Positions 1 to 10,238 of a stretch of 61,691 bases of DNA are shown here, piece by piece. This DNA comes from Bacteroidales bacterium. GTDB taxonomy: Bacteria; Bacteroidota; Bacteroidia; Bacteroidales; VadinHA17. The translations under genes and the position numbers were made by a program. Location: NCBI GenBank assembly GCA_025455395.1, contig JALOMO010000023.1:1-61691 (forward strand), in the 5' to 3' direction. Position 1 is the stretch's first letter, and each line of letters begins with the position of its first letter. Below the pieces are notes generated by a model. The model was not told where the DNA came from. It did no database searches and was given only the letters and a program-made list of their open reading frames with translations.

Positions 1-588
1 TGTGAGCAGGTTGAGTCGATAGCACAAAGAATTAAAAAGGAAGTTGGCATTCCGGATATAATCATCAACAACGCAGGGGCAGGCCGATGGCTGACAATCG
101 AAGAAACCTCTGCTGAAGAGCTGAAAGAAATGATTGCGCTACCTTATCTGGCAGCATTTTATATTACAAAAGCTTTTATTACCGAAATGAAAATGCGTGG
201 TACCGGGCATATCATCAATCTCACTTCAGATGCATCTTTCTTGCCAAAAGGGATGGCTCTGGCTTATTCAGCAGCACGATTTGCCTTACGTGGATTTTCA
301 GAAGGGTTAAGAGGCTATCTTCTGGCATCAGGGATTAATGTGTCATTAGCCGTATTTGGAAAAGTTGAAAGCAGTTACTGGATAAACAATCCTGGCAGTG
401 AGAAAAGAATTCCTAAGTCAACGCCATTTATGCCAACACTAACTACCAATCAGGTTGCAAAATATATAGTTGAAATAATTGAAAAGAATAAACGGATTCT
501 TATTAAACCGGGTATTTTCAAGGCTCTTTTCTGGTCATTCCGTCATTGGCCTGATCTGATAGCAGCACGAATGAACAAAACAGATTAA
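1..588 (+). CDS. Short-chain dehydrogenase/reductase (SDR), 5'-truncated by the window edge
   Basis: Frame 1 is open from base 1 (CEQVESIAQRIKKEVGIPDIIINNAGAGRW...), so the ORF-track Met at 130 is internal. It has the SDR NNAG motif and the active-site block SDASFLPKGMALAYSAARFAL. Confidence 0.8.
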   Translation, partial: CEQVESIAQRIKKEVGIPDIIINNAGAGRWLTIEETSAEELKEMIALPYLAAFYITKAFITEMKMRGTGHIINLTSDASFLPKGMALAYSAARFALRGFSEGLRGYLLASGINVSLAVFGKVESSYWINNPGSEKRIPKSTPFMPTLTTNQVAKYIVEIIEKNKRILIKPGIFKALFWSFRHWPDLIAARMNKTD

Positions 589-898
589 AAGATAGTTTAT
601 TGTAAACGGATTGCAACTTTTAAAATTTGAAATTCTGTTTTTTGTCAGAGCTGCAACCATTTTAGTTCAATGACCGGTACTCATTGGGGTTTTGTCCCGT
701 TTCATTTTTAAGCATGCGACTGAAATGCTGAGATAATATAAACACCCCAAAAGATATTGATTTTAAATCAATTTGTTTATGAGTTCTGTATTTTGGCACC
801 AGAGCCTTAAACAAGATTAAGAAAGGTAAATAATAATGACTTGGAATTGAGTTTCCAATTAGATAGTTTTGTTAACTAAGACTTCAATTATTACCTGC

Positions 899-1759
899 AT
901 GAGACGAAAAGACTTATGGCTTATTCCCGTACTATGGGCTTTTCATATTATAATGAATTCCTGTTCATCACCATTAGGATGGCCGGAATCGCCATTATAT
1001 GTATTCGAAAAGTCAATCTCTGACACTTCTCTCCTCTCAGACAGGGAAAAGGTGTTGAATGAAATAATAGGGCATTATGCGCACTACGACGTTGTGGCTT
1101 ATGAAGACACCACAACCCGCACAACCATGAGGACCCTTATAATATCCTACGGGTTCACCGATTTCTACCTTGATGATGGCCGGTTAATGCAATCGGACAG
1201 GTTTGTACATGCAGAACAAAAATTAAGCAGGAAAAACGCAAAATCAGTATTCAGTGATGAAGCCGTTCAGGCAATAAAACCCAGGGTTCAGGAAGTTGAA
1301 TTATACAGGAAAGACGGGATATGGAATCTTTACAGACCCGAGAGTCCAAGCCTGCTTGGAATTGAAGGAGACCCCTCGAAACCCCTTTCGAACGACCCAA
1401 ACGATCCCAAAATAACCGACCCCGACAAAGACGGACATCCCGGAGTGACTGTCAGGATAAGTGTGGGAAACATTTTCAACGGTGAGATATATTTAATTCG
1501 AAGAGAGATTTTTATCAATCATCTCACCTTTAACAATAACGGTACACTTAGCGGATATGTTATTGATAAATCTGAGCAACTCGTTGTTGGAGCATCAAAG
1601 AAGATACTGAATCAAAAATCCAATCAGGTTCAACATCCCGATAAAGGGCTTAATCCCATCTTACTTGTAAAGATCAATCCCGAGATTGATACAGCTGAAG
1701 AATTAATGGAGATCCGGGATAAAATTTTCCCAAAGGAACCCGAATTTTATCATAAGTAA
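899..1759 (+). CDS. Hypothetical secreted protein or lipoprotein
   Basis: ORF 869-1759. The ATG at 899 gives MRRKDLWLIPVLWAFHIIMNSC, a signal peptide with a lipobox-like Cys. It has a D/P-rich segment (DPNDPKITDPDKDGHPG). No family recognised. Confidence 0.5.
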   Translation: MRRKDLWLIPVLWAFHIIMNSCSSPLGWPESPLYVFEKSISDTSLLSDREKVLNEIIGHYAHYDVVAYEDTTTRTTMRTLIISYGFTDFYLDDGRLMQSDRFVHAEQKLSRKNAKSVFSDEAVQAIKPRVQEVELYRKDGIWNLYRPESPSLLGIEGDPSKPLSNDPNDPKITDPDKDGHPGVTVRISVGNIFNGEIYLIRREIFINHLTFNNNGTLSGYVIDKSEQLVVGASKKILNQKSNQVQHPDKGLNPILLVKINPEIDTAEELMEIRDKIFPKEPEFYHK

Positions 1760-1804
1760 AAAACGAACGGGATTCTGCAAGAACTGGCAAAAAACAACGG
1801 GATA

Positions 1805-2293
1805 CTAGAAAATAAGCACAAAAAGGGCTATTACAAAAGCAATAAAGGCAACCCCGAATAATATCTGGTTTACAATGGTTCTTGCCGAAAATGTTTTGTA
1901 AGACTCATATTTTGCGAATTCATTGTACTTTCCAATCAGGTCCTCAATGTCCTTAACTTTTGTAAATATTCCCGGGCTGTCTGCAATATAATGCTGGGCA
2001 AACGGGAAGCATATAGCCTTAACTAGTTCAGGATGGGCCAATCCGGGAAAAAGAGTATTTCCCATGACCCACAGATCCTGGTCGAGCTTCCTTATCTTTC
2101 CCCTCTTCAGACTGCCGGTCAGGGAAAGTTTTCTGCCAGTCTTCCTTTCTTCTATGTCAAGAAAGAGCTCTCCTTTTGAATTGGTAGTAAATATTGCCTT
2201 TTTACAGTTCGGATCAGCAATACCAACAGCTTCGGGGTTCTCACTCTCGCACTGACACTCACTTTCACACTCTTTGACAGCGGGTTGCAGCAT
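1805..2293 (-). CDS. Hypothetical tail-anchored membrane protein with an acidic Cys cluster at the N-terminus
   Basis: 162-aa ORF. The N-terminus carries ECESECQCESE and there is a single C-terminal hydrophobic helix (ILFGVAFIAFVIALFVLIF). No family recognised. Confidence 0.45.
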   Translation of the reverse strand: MLQPAVKECESECQCESENPEAVGIADPNCKKAIFTTNSKGELFLDIEERKTGRKLSLTGSLKRGKIRKLDQDLWVMGNTLFPGLAHPELVKAICFPFAQHYIADSPGIFTKVKDIEDLIGKYNEFAKYESYKTFSARTIVNQILFGVAFIAFVIALFVLIF

Positions 2294-2499
2294 TTGTATT
2301 GAAGAAAATTAAATAATTATAACTTACATATTGTAACTTCCAAAATGTTAGAGGTTTGTGTTTTTCGGGACTCTTACTGTCAGCTCTTTGATTTTTGATT
2401 ACTGAGGCTCATGATATGAAATAACTGTTCAATCTGAGACTTATTTACCGTGTCCGGTAGTTAATAAATCTACCAAAGAGGGTAATTAGAATAGCGAAT

Positions 2500-3984
2500 T
2501 TATCTCACGCTGAACTCTTTCCCCTCCTCCCTGCAGATATACTGAACAGCCCATTTTCCCGACTGACCTGCCGGAGGAAGTCCTCCTCCGGGGAAAAGCC
2601 ATTGTCCGGCCATATAGAACTTCTTCAAACCGGGTATGAATGGATTAATATTGTCCATCATATTCTTGCTTGAAGGCATAAAACCTTCATAGGCGCCTTT
2701 CCATACTCCGGTATATTTAACGTCGGTAAGAGGAGTGGCTACATCGACAACCTCAATATCAGCTGTGATCCCCGGATAGAGCTTTTCTAATATTGCAGTG
2801 GCATCGCTACGGATCTGATCTTTTTCCATCTTATACTCATCGGGAGTGATATCTTTCCAGGTGTCCCACTGCGTTTCATAACGCATGACAAGAACTGATT
2901 TTCCTGCGGGAGCCATTGTTGGATCATAATAATAATTCATAATTGAATATCCGTTAATGGTTTTAGTACGGCCGATCATCTGGTCCTTTACCAGCCAGGC
3001 CTGAACCGGGTTTTCCGATTCGATTTTCCTTCTGATGCCGAACGATACCTGTACCAGCGGTGCAAAAAGCTCCCAGTTCCGGTAAGCATAAGAGATTTTC
3101 TTTGTCAAATATTTGCCTTCAAGCATGTCATAAATGGTTGAATGTCCATCGGCAGCACTTATAACATAATCGGCATCAATCCGGGTGTTGTCGGAAAGGA
3201 TAACTCCTTTTGCAGTGTCATTCTCCACAATGATCTTATTAACCCGCGCCCTGGTTGTCAAATTACCTCCAAGCCCGGTGAATCTTTGCGTCATCCTCTG
3301 AGCCATAGGCAGCGATCCGCCAATCAGGTACCCTGCATTCTTCTGGTTGAACCATGCAAACATCATTATGAACGCCAGAGCTGAGAAGTCGCGTGATCCG
3401 TAAATGCTGTCAAAGAAACCCAGGAGTGTTTTATTTGTGAAGCCCAGTTTCCTGAAATAGTAATTGCAGTCCTTCTTCCCGTATTTCGCGAAAAGCAGCA
3501 TTATGGGCCACATTTTGACGAGCGAGGTGACTGATTTAACAGGATTTCTTAACCCTGGAGGATCTGAGTAAGGCTGCAGGAAGGCTGACTTTCTCATCTC
3601 ATTGCACATCTTCCTGATCTTTGCCGCATCTTCCGGGGCAAAACTGCAGAGATACTCCTCCCACCTGTTCAGATCGGTATAGATAATAAACTCCCTACCA
3701 TCACTGTCGTACAGTTTTGTATGGACATCATGATCAACAATTCTGACATCATTGTTCAGTACACCTGTCTCCCTCCAGATATCATTGAATGGTCCCATAC
3801 GGGTACCAACCAGCCAATGGAGACAGTAATCGAACCGGTATCCCTTCCTGTCCCAGGCAGTGCACTGTCCTCCTGTGACGGAGTGCATTTCAACGATCTC
3901 AGCATCAAAACCATTAAGCCTTGCATATATTCCGGCTGACAATCCTGCAACCCCTCCTCCAATGATAACAATTTTCTTTTTCAT
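2500..3984 (-). CDS. NAD(P)/FAD-dependent oxidoreductase, phytoene-desaturase (CrtI/COG1233-like) family
   Basis: N-terminal Rossmann motif KIVIIGGGVAGLSAG...EMHSVTGG and a C-terminal FAD-binding-like block FYMAGQWLFPGGGLPPA. 494 aa. Confidence 0.8.
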   Translation of the reverse strand: MKKKIVIIGGGVAGLSAGIYARLNGFDAEIVEMHSVTGGQCTAWDRKGYRFDYCLHWLVGTRMGPFNDIWRETGVLNNDVRIVDHDVHTKLYDSDGREFIIYTDLNRWEEYLCSFAPEDAAKIRKMCNEMRKSAFLQPYSDPPGLRNPVKSVTSLVKMWPIMLLFAKYGKKDCNYYFRKLGFTNKTLLGFFDSIYGSRDFSALAFIMMFAWFNQKNAGYLIGGSLPMAQRMTQRFTGLGGNLTTRARVNKIIVENDTAKGVILSDNTRIDADYVISAADGHSTIYDMLEGKYLTKKISYAYRNWELFAPLVQVSFGIRRKIESENPVQAWLVKDQMIGRTKTINGYSIMNYYYDPTMAPAGKSVLVMRYETQWDTWKDITPDEYKMEKDQIRSDATAILEKLYPGITADIEVVDVATPLTDVKYTGVWKGAYEGFMPSSKNMMDNINPFIPGLKKFYMAGQWLFPGGGLPPAGQSGKWAVQYICREEGKEFSVR

Positions 3985-4341
3985 ATTTATTTGAGCTTTT
4001 ATGACAAATCAACAATTACGACAGGGTAAAGAAAGATTGTAAAAGATTTCTGATAAATACTTTTTCGGTGAGTTAACGGCAAAAACCGGTAAATGACTTT
4101 TTCTTCTTGGGCATACTAGAGCATTTGAATTTACTTTTATACAGGCACAGATACTAAATTCAGACTTAATACCTGCCACATTTAGCTTAATCAGGCAATA
4201 TTCTTAATTTAACTTTTCCATCTAAAGTGAAGAATTACACAACTGGCAGGTTTGGTGTGCTCTTGCTGCTTCTTTGCTCATCTCTTCAAATAAAATATAC
4301 ATACATTTACATTTACTATCACCAATTGTATTGTTTGCAGC

Positions 4342-6624
4342 TTGAACGAAAAGTCAGTTAAGATATTAATCACAGGCCTTGTGCAGGGGGTAGGATTCAG
4401 ACCATTCGTTTTCAGGATCGCCACCAGATTCGGGCTAACCGGATGGGTACAGAATACAAATGAAAATGTAAAGATAAAAGTCACAGGATCAGATCATAAC
4501 ATAAACAGCTTCATCACTTCCCTTGGTGAGGATGCTCCTCAAGCAGCCCTAATAGAAAATATTTCGGTTACTGATACTGAAACCGAATATTTTGCAGAAT
4601 TTATAATTCTAGAAAGCCACAATGTCTCTGATGAGATCACTGAAATAAGTCCTGATATTGCAGTCTGCGATGAATGTCTCCTTGATATTGAAAGAGAGGG
4701 GAATCGTAAGGATTATGCATTCGTAAATTGTACCAATTGTGGCCCGAGGTTTACCATAATTGAAGACCTTCCTTATGACAGGGCCAGGACAACAATGAAA
4801 TCATTTGAGATGTGCCCGGTTTGCAGGCATGAATACGAGACCATTACAGACAGAAGGTTTCATGCTCAGCCCGTAGCCTGCAACGATTGCGGACCTCAGT
4901 ATGAACTTAACATTAATGGTAAAGCCGTCAGTAATGACATCAAGAATATTTTAGATCATGTCTCCGGTTATATCAAAAAAGGAGGAATAGTGCTTCTTAA
5001 AGGTCTTGGAGGAATGCACCTTGCCTGCGATGCTTTTAACGCAAAAGCTGTAGACAAATTACGCTACCTGAAAAGACGTGACGGCAAACCCTTTGCAGTT
5101 ATGTTCAGGGATATTGACAGCCTGAAGCAATATGCCGAAATAACTACCATCGAAGAGAAATCCCTTCTTTCCTGGAAAAGGCCAATTGTTCTACTCGGGA
5201 AAAAAAGAAGAACTGTTCGCCCCATCCTTCCCGACAATCTCACCTCAGGGCTTAATCTGGTGGGGGTTATGCTTCCATATATGCCTTTTCATTACATGCT
5301 GTTCCAAAGGCTGGAAACAGATGCAATAGTGCTTACCAGCGGAAACTTCAGCAATGAACCTATACTTATCGATAATGGAGAGGCAACGGCTAAATTTTCT
5401 TCCATAACCGATGCTATAGTTCTTCACAACCGAGAAATATTTAACAGGACTGATGATTCTGTTGTCAGGATCATCGATGGGAAAGAAAGGATTTTAAGAC
5501 GGTCGAGGGGGTATGCTCCTGCGCCGGTAAGGACCAGCATGAATATGGATGGTATAGTTGCGTTTGGAGCTGAACTCACAAACTGTTTTTGCCTCGGAAA
5601 GGGAGAAAAGGCATTTCTCAGCCAGCATATCGGAGACCTTCAGTCTGTTGAGGCAACCCTGTTTTATGAGAAGAGTATCGCACAATTCATAAAACTGTTC
5701 AGGATAAAACCCTCACTGCTCGCGACAGATATGCATCCAGATTATATTTCAACCCGCACAGGGCTTGATTTCGGTACATTTCCAATTGTTATGGTTCAGC
5801 ATCATCATGCACACATTGCATCGTGCATGACAGAGCACAGGTTGGACGAAAAAGTGATTGGTGTTGCCTTTGACGGGACGGGATACGGCACTGACGGGAA
5901 TATATGGGGAAGTGAATTCTTTATTTGTGATCTGAATGATTTCAAAAGAATTACTCATTTTAATTATATCCCTCTGCCTGGAGGCGACTCTGCTACAGAG
6001 GAGCCCTGGAGGATAGCTGTCTCCTGGTTGTATAGAATATATGGCAGAGAATTTCTTAAACTGGATTTACCTCTGTTGTACAAGATTGAAGGTGAGAAAG
6101 TTGAGATGATTCTAAAGATGATAGAAAGGAAAATCAATTGCCCGCTTACATCCGGGGCAGGCAGACTCTTTGATGCAGTAGCGTCTCTGCTTGACATTGT
6201 ACATGTGGCTACTTTCCAGGCTGAAGGGCCAATGCGCCTGGAATCACTTGTTCAGAACGACATACCCGAAAGCTACAGCTTTAGCCGGGGCGAGACAATC
6301 GGGTTTGACGGTACTATTCGTGAGATCATTTCTGACATACTTAATAACGTTGATAAAGTCACAATAGCAACTAAACTCCATAACACAATAATATTGACTA
6401 TTTTTGATACTGTCAGTGCCATCCGTTCAACGGAGGGCATTAACAAAGTAGTGCTTTCGGGAGGTGTTTTTCAGAATAAGTATCTGCTAACCGGAACGAC
6501 TGAACTGCTGCGGAAGAGTAGTTTTGAAGTTTACTCACATGCTTTGGTACCAACAAACGATGGGGGTATAGCACTAGGTCAGTTAGCTGTTGCATCAAAA
6601 AGAAGAGAACTAAAATGTGTTTAG
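4342..6624 (+). CDS. hypF: [NiFe]-hydrogenase maturation carbamoyltransferase HypF
   Basis: Acylphosphatase motif VQGVGFRPF. Two zinc-finger pairs (CDEC...CTNCGPRF and CPVC...CNDCGPQY). YrdC-like block GGIVLLKGLGGMHLACDA and Kae1-like C-terminus VVLSGGVFQNKYL. The only start before the acylphosphatase domain is TTG at 4342. Confidence 0.95.
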   Translation: MNEKSVKILITGLVQGVGFRPFVFRIATRFGLTGWVQNTNENVKIKVTGSDHNINSFITSLGEDAPQAALIENISVTDTETEYFAEFIILESHNVSDEITEISPDIAVCDECLLDIEREGNRKDYAFVNCTNCGPRFTIIEDLPYDRARTTMKSFEMCPVCRHEYETITDRRFHAQPVACNDCGPQYELNINGKAVSNDIKNILDHVSGYIKKGGIVLLKGLGGMHLACDAFNAKAVDKLRYLKRRDGKPFAVMFRDIDSLKQYAEITTIEEKSLLSWKRPIVLLGKKRRTVRPILPDNLTSGLNLVGVMLPYMPFHYMLFQRLETDAIVLTSGNFSNEPILIDNGEATAKFSSITDAIVLHNREIFNRTDDSVVRIIDGKERILRRSRGYAPAPVRTSMNMDGIVAFGAELTNCFCLGKGEKAFLSQHIGDLQSVEATLFYEKSIAQFIKLFRIKPSLLATDMHPDYISTRTGLDFGTFPIVMVQHHHAHIASCMTEHRLDEKVIGVAFDGTGYGTDGNIWGSEFFICDLNDFKRITHFNYIPLPGGDSATEEPWRIAVSWLYRIYGREFLKLDLPLLYKIEGEKVEMILKMIERKINCPLTSGAGRLFDAVASLLDIVHVATFQAEGPMRLESLVQNDIPESYSFSRGETIGFDGTIREIISDILNNVDKVTIATKLHNTIILTIFDTVSAIRSTEGINKVVLSGGVFQNKYLLTGTTELLRKSSFEVYSHALVPTNDGGIALGQLAVASKRRELKCV

Positions 6625-6839
6625 CCATTCCAGCAAAAGTAATAAGCGTCGACGGAGCAAGTGCAAAAGTCTCAATAGAAGATGTTGAGTATACTGCCAG
6701 CCTCCTGCTTTTAGATGATGTCAAACCCGGTGATTTCATTATGCTGCATGCCGGATTTGCCATCGAAAAGGTAGATGCAGCTGAAGCTGCTGAAACTCTT
6801 CGCCTGTTAAATGAAATTGAACAGAACAGTCATCATTGA
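6615..6839 (+). CDS. hypC: Hydrogenase assembly chaperone HypC/HupF
   Basis: N-terminal MCLAIPAKV signature with the essential Cys2. 74 aa. Overlaps the hypF stop. Confidence 0.9.
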   Translation: MCLAIPAKVISVDGASAKVSIEDVEYTASLLLLDDVKPGDFIMLHAGFAIEKVDAAEAAETLRLLNEIEQNSHH

Positions 6840-6847
6840 ATCTGTTT

Positions 6848-7924
6848 ATGAAGTATGTCGATGAATACAGGAATAAGGATCTGATCATCTCATTGGCAGA
6901 AAGACTTAAATCAATTTCAAAAAAAGAGATTGTCCTGATGGAGGTATGTGGCGGACATACAATGGCTATTCACCGATTCGGACTCAATTCACTTCTTCCT
7001 CCCACAATCAGCCTTGTCTCAGGTCCCGGATGCCCGGTATGCGTTTCGAGCCAGCATTTTATTGACACTGCAATGGCATACAGCAGGCTTCCAGGAGTAA
7101 TTATTACAACTTACGGTGACCTCATCAGGGTCCCGGGCTCATCAACGTCACTTGAGAAAGAGCGAGCGGCAGGCAGTGATATAAGAATAGTATATTCAGT
7201 CCTTGAATCCCTTGAAATAGCCAGACAAAACCCGGAAAAGAGCATAGTCTTTCTTGGGATAGGATTTGAAACAACTGCTCCGGCAACAGCTGCTGCCATA
7301 ATTAAATCCTATGAGGAGAAAATAAACAACTTTTTTGTCCTGAGCGGACATAAGATTATGCCGCCTGTAATGGAAGCCCTTGTTAAGGAAGGTATTAAAA
7401 TAGACGGGTTTATTGCTCCCGGTCATGTGAGCGCAATTACAGGAATATCAATATACAACGACCTGGCTTCAGTGCATAAGTTAGGGGTTGTAGTTTCAGG
7501 GTTTGAACCTGCAGATATGATGCAGTCAGTATTGATGCTTACAGAGCAGATTGAATCAGAAACTCCAAAGGTTGAGGTACAGTATCACAGGGTTGTTAAT
7601 CCTGCTGGCAACCTTATGGCGCAAAAGGCTCTGAGAGAAGTATTTGAATTCAGAGACGACCATTGGCGGGGTCTTGGCATGATACCGAAAAGCGGAATGG
7701 AAATCGTTGAAAAGTACTCTGTGCATGATGCTGAAAAGCATTTCATGAGTGATGTTCCCGGGTCAACTGAGCCGGAGGGATGCATATGCGGAAATATCCT
7801 CAGAGGATTAAAGAAACCTACAGATTGCCCGCTGTTTGCAAGGAAATGTACTCCGACTGATCCTGTCGGGGCATGCATGGTTTCGGGCGAAGGAACATGT
7901 GCAACATATTATAAGTACCGCTGA
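6848..7924 (+). CDS. hypD: Hydrogenase maturation protein HypD
   Basis: Motifs CGGHTMAI, GPGCPVCV and GFETTAP, plus a C-terminal Cys cluster (PEGCICGN...CPLF). ATG at 6848 (MKYVDEYRN) is preferred over TTG at 6836. Confidence 0.92.
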   Translation: MKYVDEYRNKDLIISLAERLKSISKKEIVLMEVCGGHTMAIHRFGLNSLLPPTISLVSGPGCPVCVSSQHFIDTAMAYSRLPGVIITTYGDLIRVPGSSTSLEKERAAGSDIRIVYSVLESLEIARQNPEKSIVFLGIGFETTAPATAAAIIKSYEEKINNFFVLSGHKIMPPVMEALVKEGIKIDGFIAPGHVSAITGISIYNDLASVHKLGVVVSGFEPADMMQSVLMLTEQIESETPKVEVQYHRVVNPAGNLMAQKALREVFEFRDDHWRGLGMIPKSGMEIVEKYSVHDAEKHFMSDVPGSTEPEGCICGNILRGLKKPTDCPLFARKCTPTDPVGACMVSGEGTCATYYKYR

Positions 7925-8943
7925 TGAAGAAGAGAGAGAATAAAATTATGCTCGGTCATGGCAGCGGAGGAAAAATGATGCACGACCTTATAAAAAATGT
8001 GTTTTTAAAGCATTTCACTAACAGTATCCTTGATGATCAGGCCGATGCTGCTATACTAAAATCGGATTCGGAAGAGATAGCTTTTACAACAGACTCATTT
8101 GTAATTGATCCACTCTTTTTCCCTGGCGGAAACATAGGTAAGCTTGCTGTATGCGGAACTGTAAACGATCTGGCCGTCACAGGTGCTGAACCGGCTTATT
8201 TAAGTGTTTCGTTCATCATTGAAGAAGGATTTCCGGTAACCGATCTTGAAACGATAGCTGAATCTCTTGCGGCGGAAGCAAGAAAAGCCGGGGTATTTAT
8301 TGTTACCGGAGATACAAAAGTTGTCAACAAGGGAAAGTGCGACAAACTCTTCATAAACACTGCAGGAATTGGAAGGATTAAGAAGGATAAACTGAGTATA
8401 AGTAAAGCAGAAAATATTGAGGAGGGGGATGTAATTATTATAAATGGCATGATTGGAGACCATGGGATGGCTGTTATGAATACACGCGAGTCATTTAATT
8501 TCAAGACTACTGTCGAATCGGACTGTGCATCTCTTAATCACCTTATCAGTGCTGTCATTGACAAATCGGAGGTTAAATTCATGCGCGATCCAACGAGAGG
8601 CGGTGTTGCAACGGTTTTAAATGAGCTTGCTGTAAAAGCCGGGGTTGGAATAGAGATCGAAGAGACTGCGCTACCCGTCAGAGACAGTGTTAAAGCAATG
8701 TGTGAAATACTCGGGTTCGATCCTCTTCATGTGGCAAATGAGGGCAAAGTGATTATGGTGGCTTCTGAAAAAAAGGCGAATGATATATTGAAGATTCTGA
8801 AGGAAGATGAATTAGGAATAGATTGTGCAATAATAGGCAGGGTTGTAAAAGATCCTCACGGAAAAGTAGTTCTCAGGACTGCAACAGGCGGCAGAAGATA
8901 TATCGATTCTTTATCGGGAGACCAGCTGCCACGAATTTGTTAA
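7924..8943 (+). CDS. hypE: Hydrogenase maturation protein HypE
   Basis: AIR-synthase-like fold motifs and the diagnostic C-terminal PRIC. The start overlaps the hypD stop (TGATG). Confidence 0.93.
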   Translation: MKKRENKIMLGHGSGGKMMHDLIKNVFLKHFTNSILDDQADAAILKSDSEEIAFTTDSFVIDPLFFPGGNIGKLAVCGTVNDLAVTGAEPAYLSVSFIIEEGFPVTDLETIAESLAAEARKAGVFIVTGDTKVVNKGKCDKLFINTAGIGRIKKDKLSISKAENIEEGDVIIINGMIGDHGMAVMNTRESFNFKTTVESDCASLNHLISAVIDKSEVKFMRDPTRGGVATVLNELAVKAGVGIEIEETALPVRDSVKAMCEILGFDPLHVANEGKVIMVASEKKANDILKILKEDELGIDCAIIGRVVKDPHGKVVLRTATGGRRYIDSLSGDQLPRIC

Positions 8944-8953
8944 ATCATCTGCC

Positions 8954-9298
8954 ATGCATGAATTATCACTTGCTGCTGAAGTAATTAAGCTTGTAGAGAA
9001 AGAGGCAGGGTTAAACCATGCCAGTGCGATAAGTGAAATTACTATTGAAGTTGGTAATATCAGCGGAATTGAAGCAGAACCTTTTGAATCTGCACTGAGG
9101 ATACTTACGGAAGGAACTATGCTTGAAAAGAGCTCACTGAATATTGTGAAGATTAAAGCCAGGGGGAACTGCCTTAATTGTAAATCTGATTTTGAGATGA
9201 ATTTCAGGATGGATACCTGTCCGCAATGTGGCGCTTTCCCCTCTGAAATAACGGGAGGAAATGAATTCAGGGTTGTATCAATGCTGATTGAAGATTAA
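8954..9298 (+). CDS. hypA: Hydrogenase nickel-insertion protein HypA
   Basis: MHELSLA N-terminus. Zinc motif CLNC...CPQCG. 114 aa. Confidence 0.9.
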   Translation: MHELSLAAEVIKLVEKEAGLNHASAISEITIEVGNISGIEAEPFESALRILTEGTMLEKSSLNIVKIKARGNCLNCKSDFEMNFRMDTCPQCGAFPSEITGGNEFRVVSMLIED

Positions 9299-9333
9299 TA
9301 GAAACGTGACCTTAAAACTTAAGCTTAAAAGAT

Positions 9334-10125
9334 ATGTGTGAAAAATGCGGATGCGGAGAGGGTGAAGGATTTAATATCCATGACCCGCATCATTCCACCG
9401 ACCATAAAAGTGACCAGATACAGGATCATGATCACAAACATGATCACGGACACACACATTCTCATGAACACCCTCATAAATTAATCAACCTCAATGTTGA
9501 CATACTTGCAGGGAATAACATTACTGCAGCGATGAACCGCAGGTTTTTTGAAGGAAGAAAGGTCCTGTGTCTTAACATGGTAAGCTCCCCCGGATCGGGA
9601 AAGACAACTATTCTGGAGAAGACAATCGGCCATTTAACCCGAACTGCCAAAATATATGTAATTGAAGGAGACCAGCAGACGCTCCTGGATGCTGAAAGGA
9701 TAGAAAGAGCGGGGGCTCCTGCCATCCAGATAAACACCGGTTCAGGATGCCACCTTGATGCACACATGGTTGAGTCTGCACTTAAAAAACTGGAAATAGA
9801 AACTAATTCTCTTCTTTTCATTGAAAATGTTGGGAACCTTGTTTGTCCGGCCATGTTCGACCTGGGTGAAAACAGACGTGTGGTTGTTATGAGTGTTACG
9901 GAAGGTGAAGACAAGCCGCTGAAATATCCATATATGTTTCAGACTTCACATCTGTGTATCATTAATAAATCAGACCTTCTTCCTTATGTGGATTTCAGAA
10001 TCGAAGAGGCCATGAAACATGCCCGTTCAGTCAATCCTGATCTAGAGTTTATTTCAGTCTCGGCCAAGACTAGCGAAGGAATGAACTTATGGTATGATTG
10101 GATTCTCAGCCAGAAAGTAATTTAA
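9334..10125 (+). CDS. hypB: Hydrogenase nickel-incorporation GTPase HypB with a His-rich N-terminal region
   Basis: His-rich stretch HDPHHSTDHKSDQIQDHDHKHDHGHTHSHEHPH. P-loop SSPGSGKTT. ENVGNLVCP motif. Confidence 0.93.
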   Translation: MCEKCGCGEGEGFNIHDPHHSTDHKSDQIQDHDHKHDHGHTHSHEHPHKLINLNVDILAGNNITAAMNRRFFEGRKVLCLNMVSSPGSGKTTILEKTIGHLTRTAKIYVIEGDQQTLLDAERIERAGAPAIQINTGSGCHLDAHMVESALKKLEIETNSLLFIENVGNLVCPAMFDLGENRRVVVMSVTEGEDKPLKYPYMFQTSHLCIINKSDLLPYVDFRIEEAMKHARSVNPDLEFISVSAKTSEGMNLWYDWILSQKVI

Positions 10126-10136
10126 CAAGTTCCTTT

Positions 10137-10154
10137 ACCCTGAAAAATCAGGGT
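10137..10154 (+). terminator. Candidate stem-loop terminator after hypB
   Basis: ACCCTGA-AAAA-TCAGGGT, a 7-bp perfect stem, lies 12 nt after the hypB stop and is followed by CTTCTT. Confidence 0.4.
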
Positions 10155-10238
10155 CTTCTTATAAATTCATTACTTTTGGAGAATTCTTCAACAAGACCTG
10201 AGTTATATTAAGTGCCGAAGAATTTAACCTGAAATGCT

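Noticed and set aside
756-772. Perfect 8-1-8 inverted repeat ATTGATTT-T-AAATCAAT upstream of the 899-1759 gene, and AT-rich palindromes at about 47566-47615
   Set aside because: Short AT-only palindromes are expected by chance in AT-rich intergenic DNA. There is no second copy or known operator consensus to support a call.
9474-9914. 146-aa antisense ORF inside hypB. Similar long antisense ORFs lie inside other genes, for example 41944-42531, 54442-54945, 56438-57070, 61015-61494, 21101-21643 and 34989-35414.
   Set aside because: Each is fully embedded opposite a gene with strong family signatures. The products are low-complexity or Ser/Pro/Arg-rich with no motifs. These are typical shadow ORFs.
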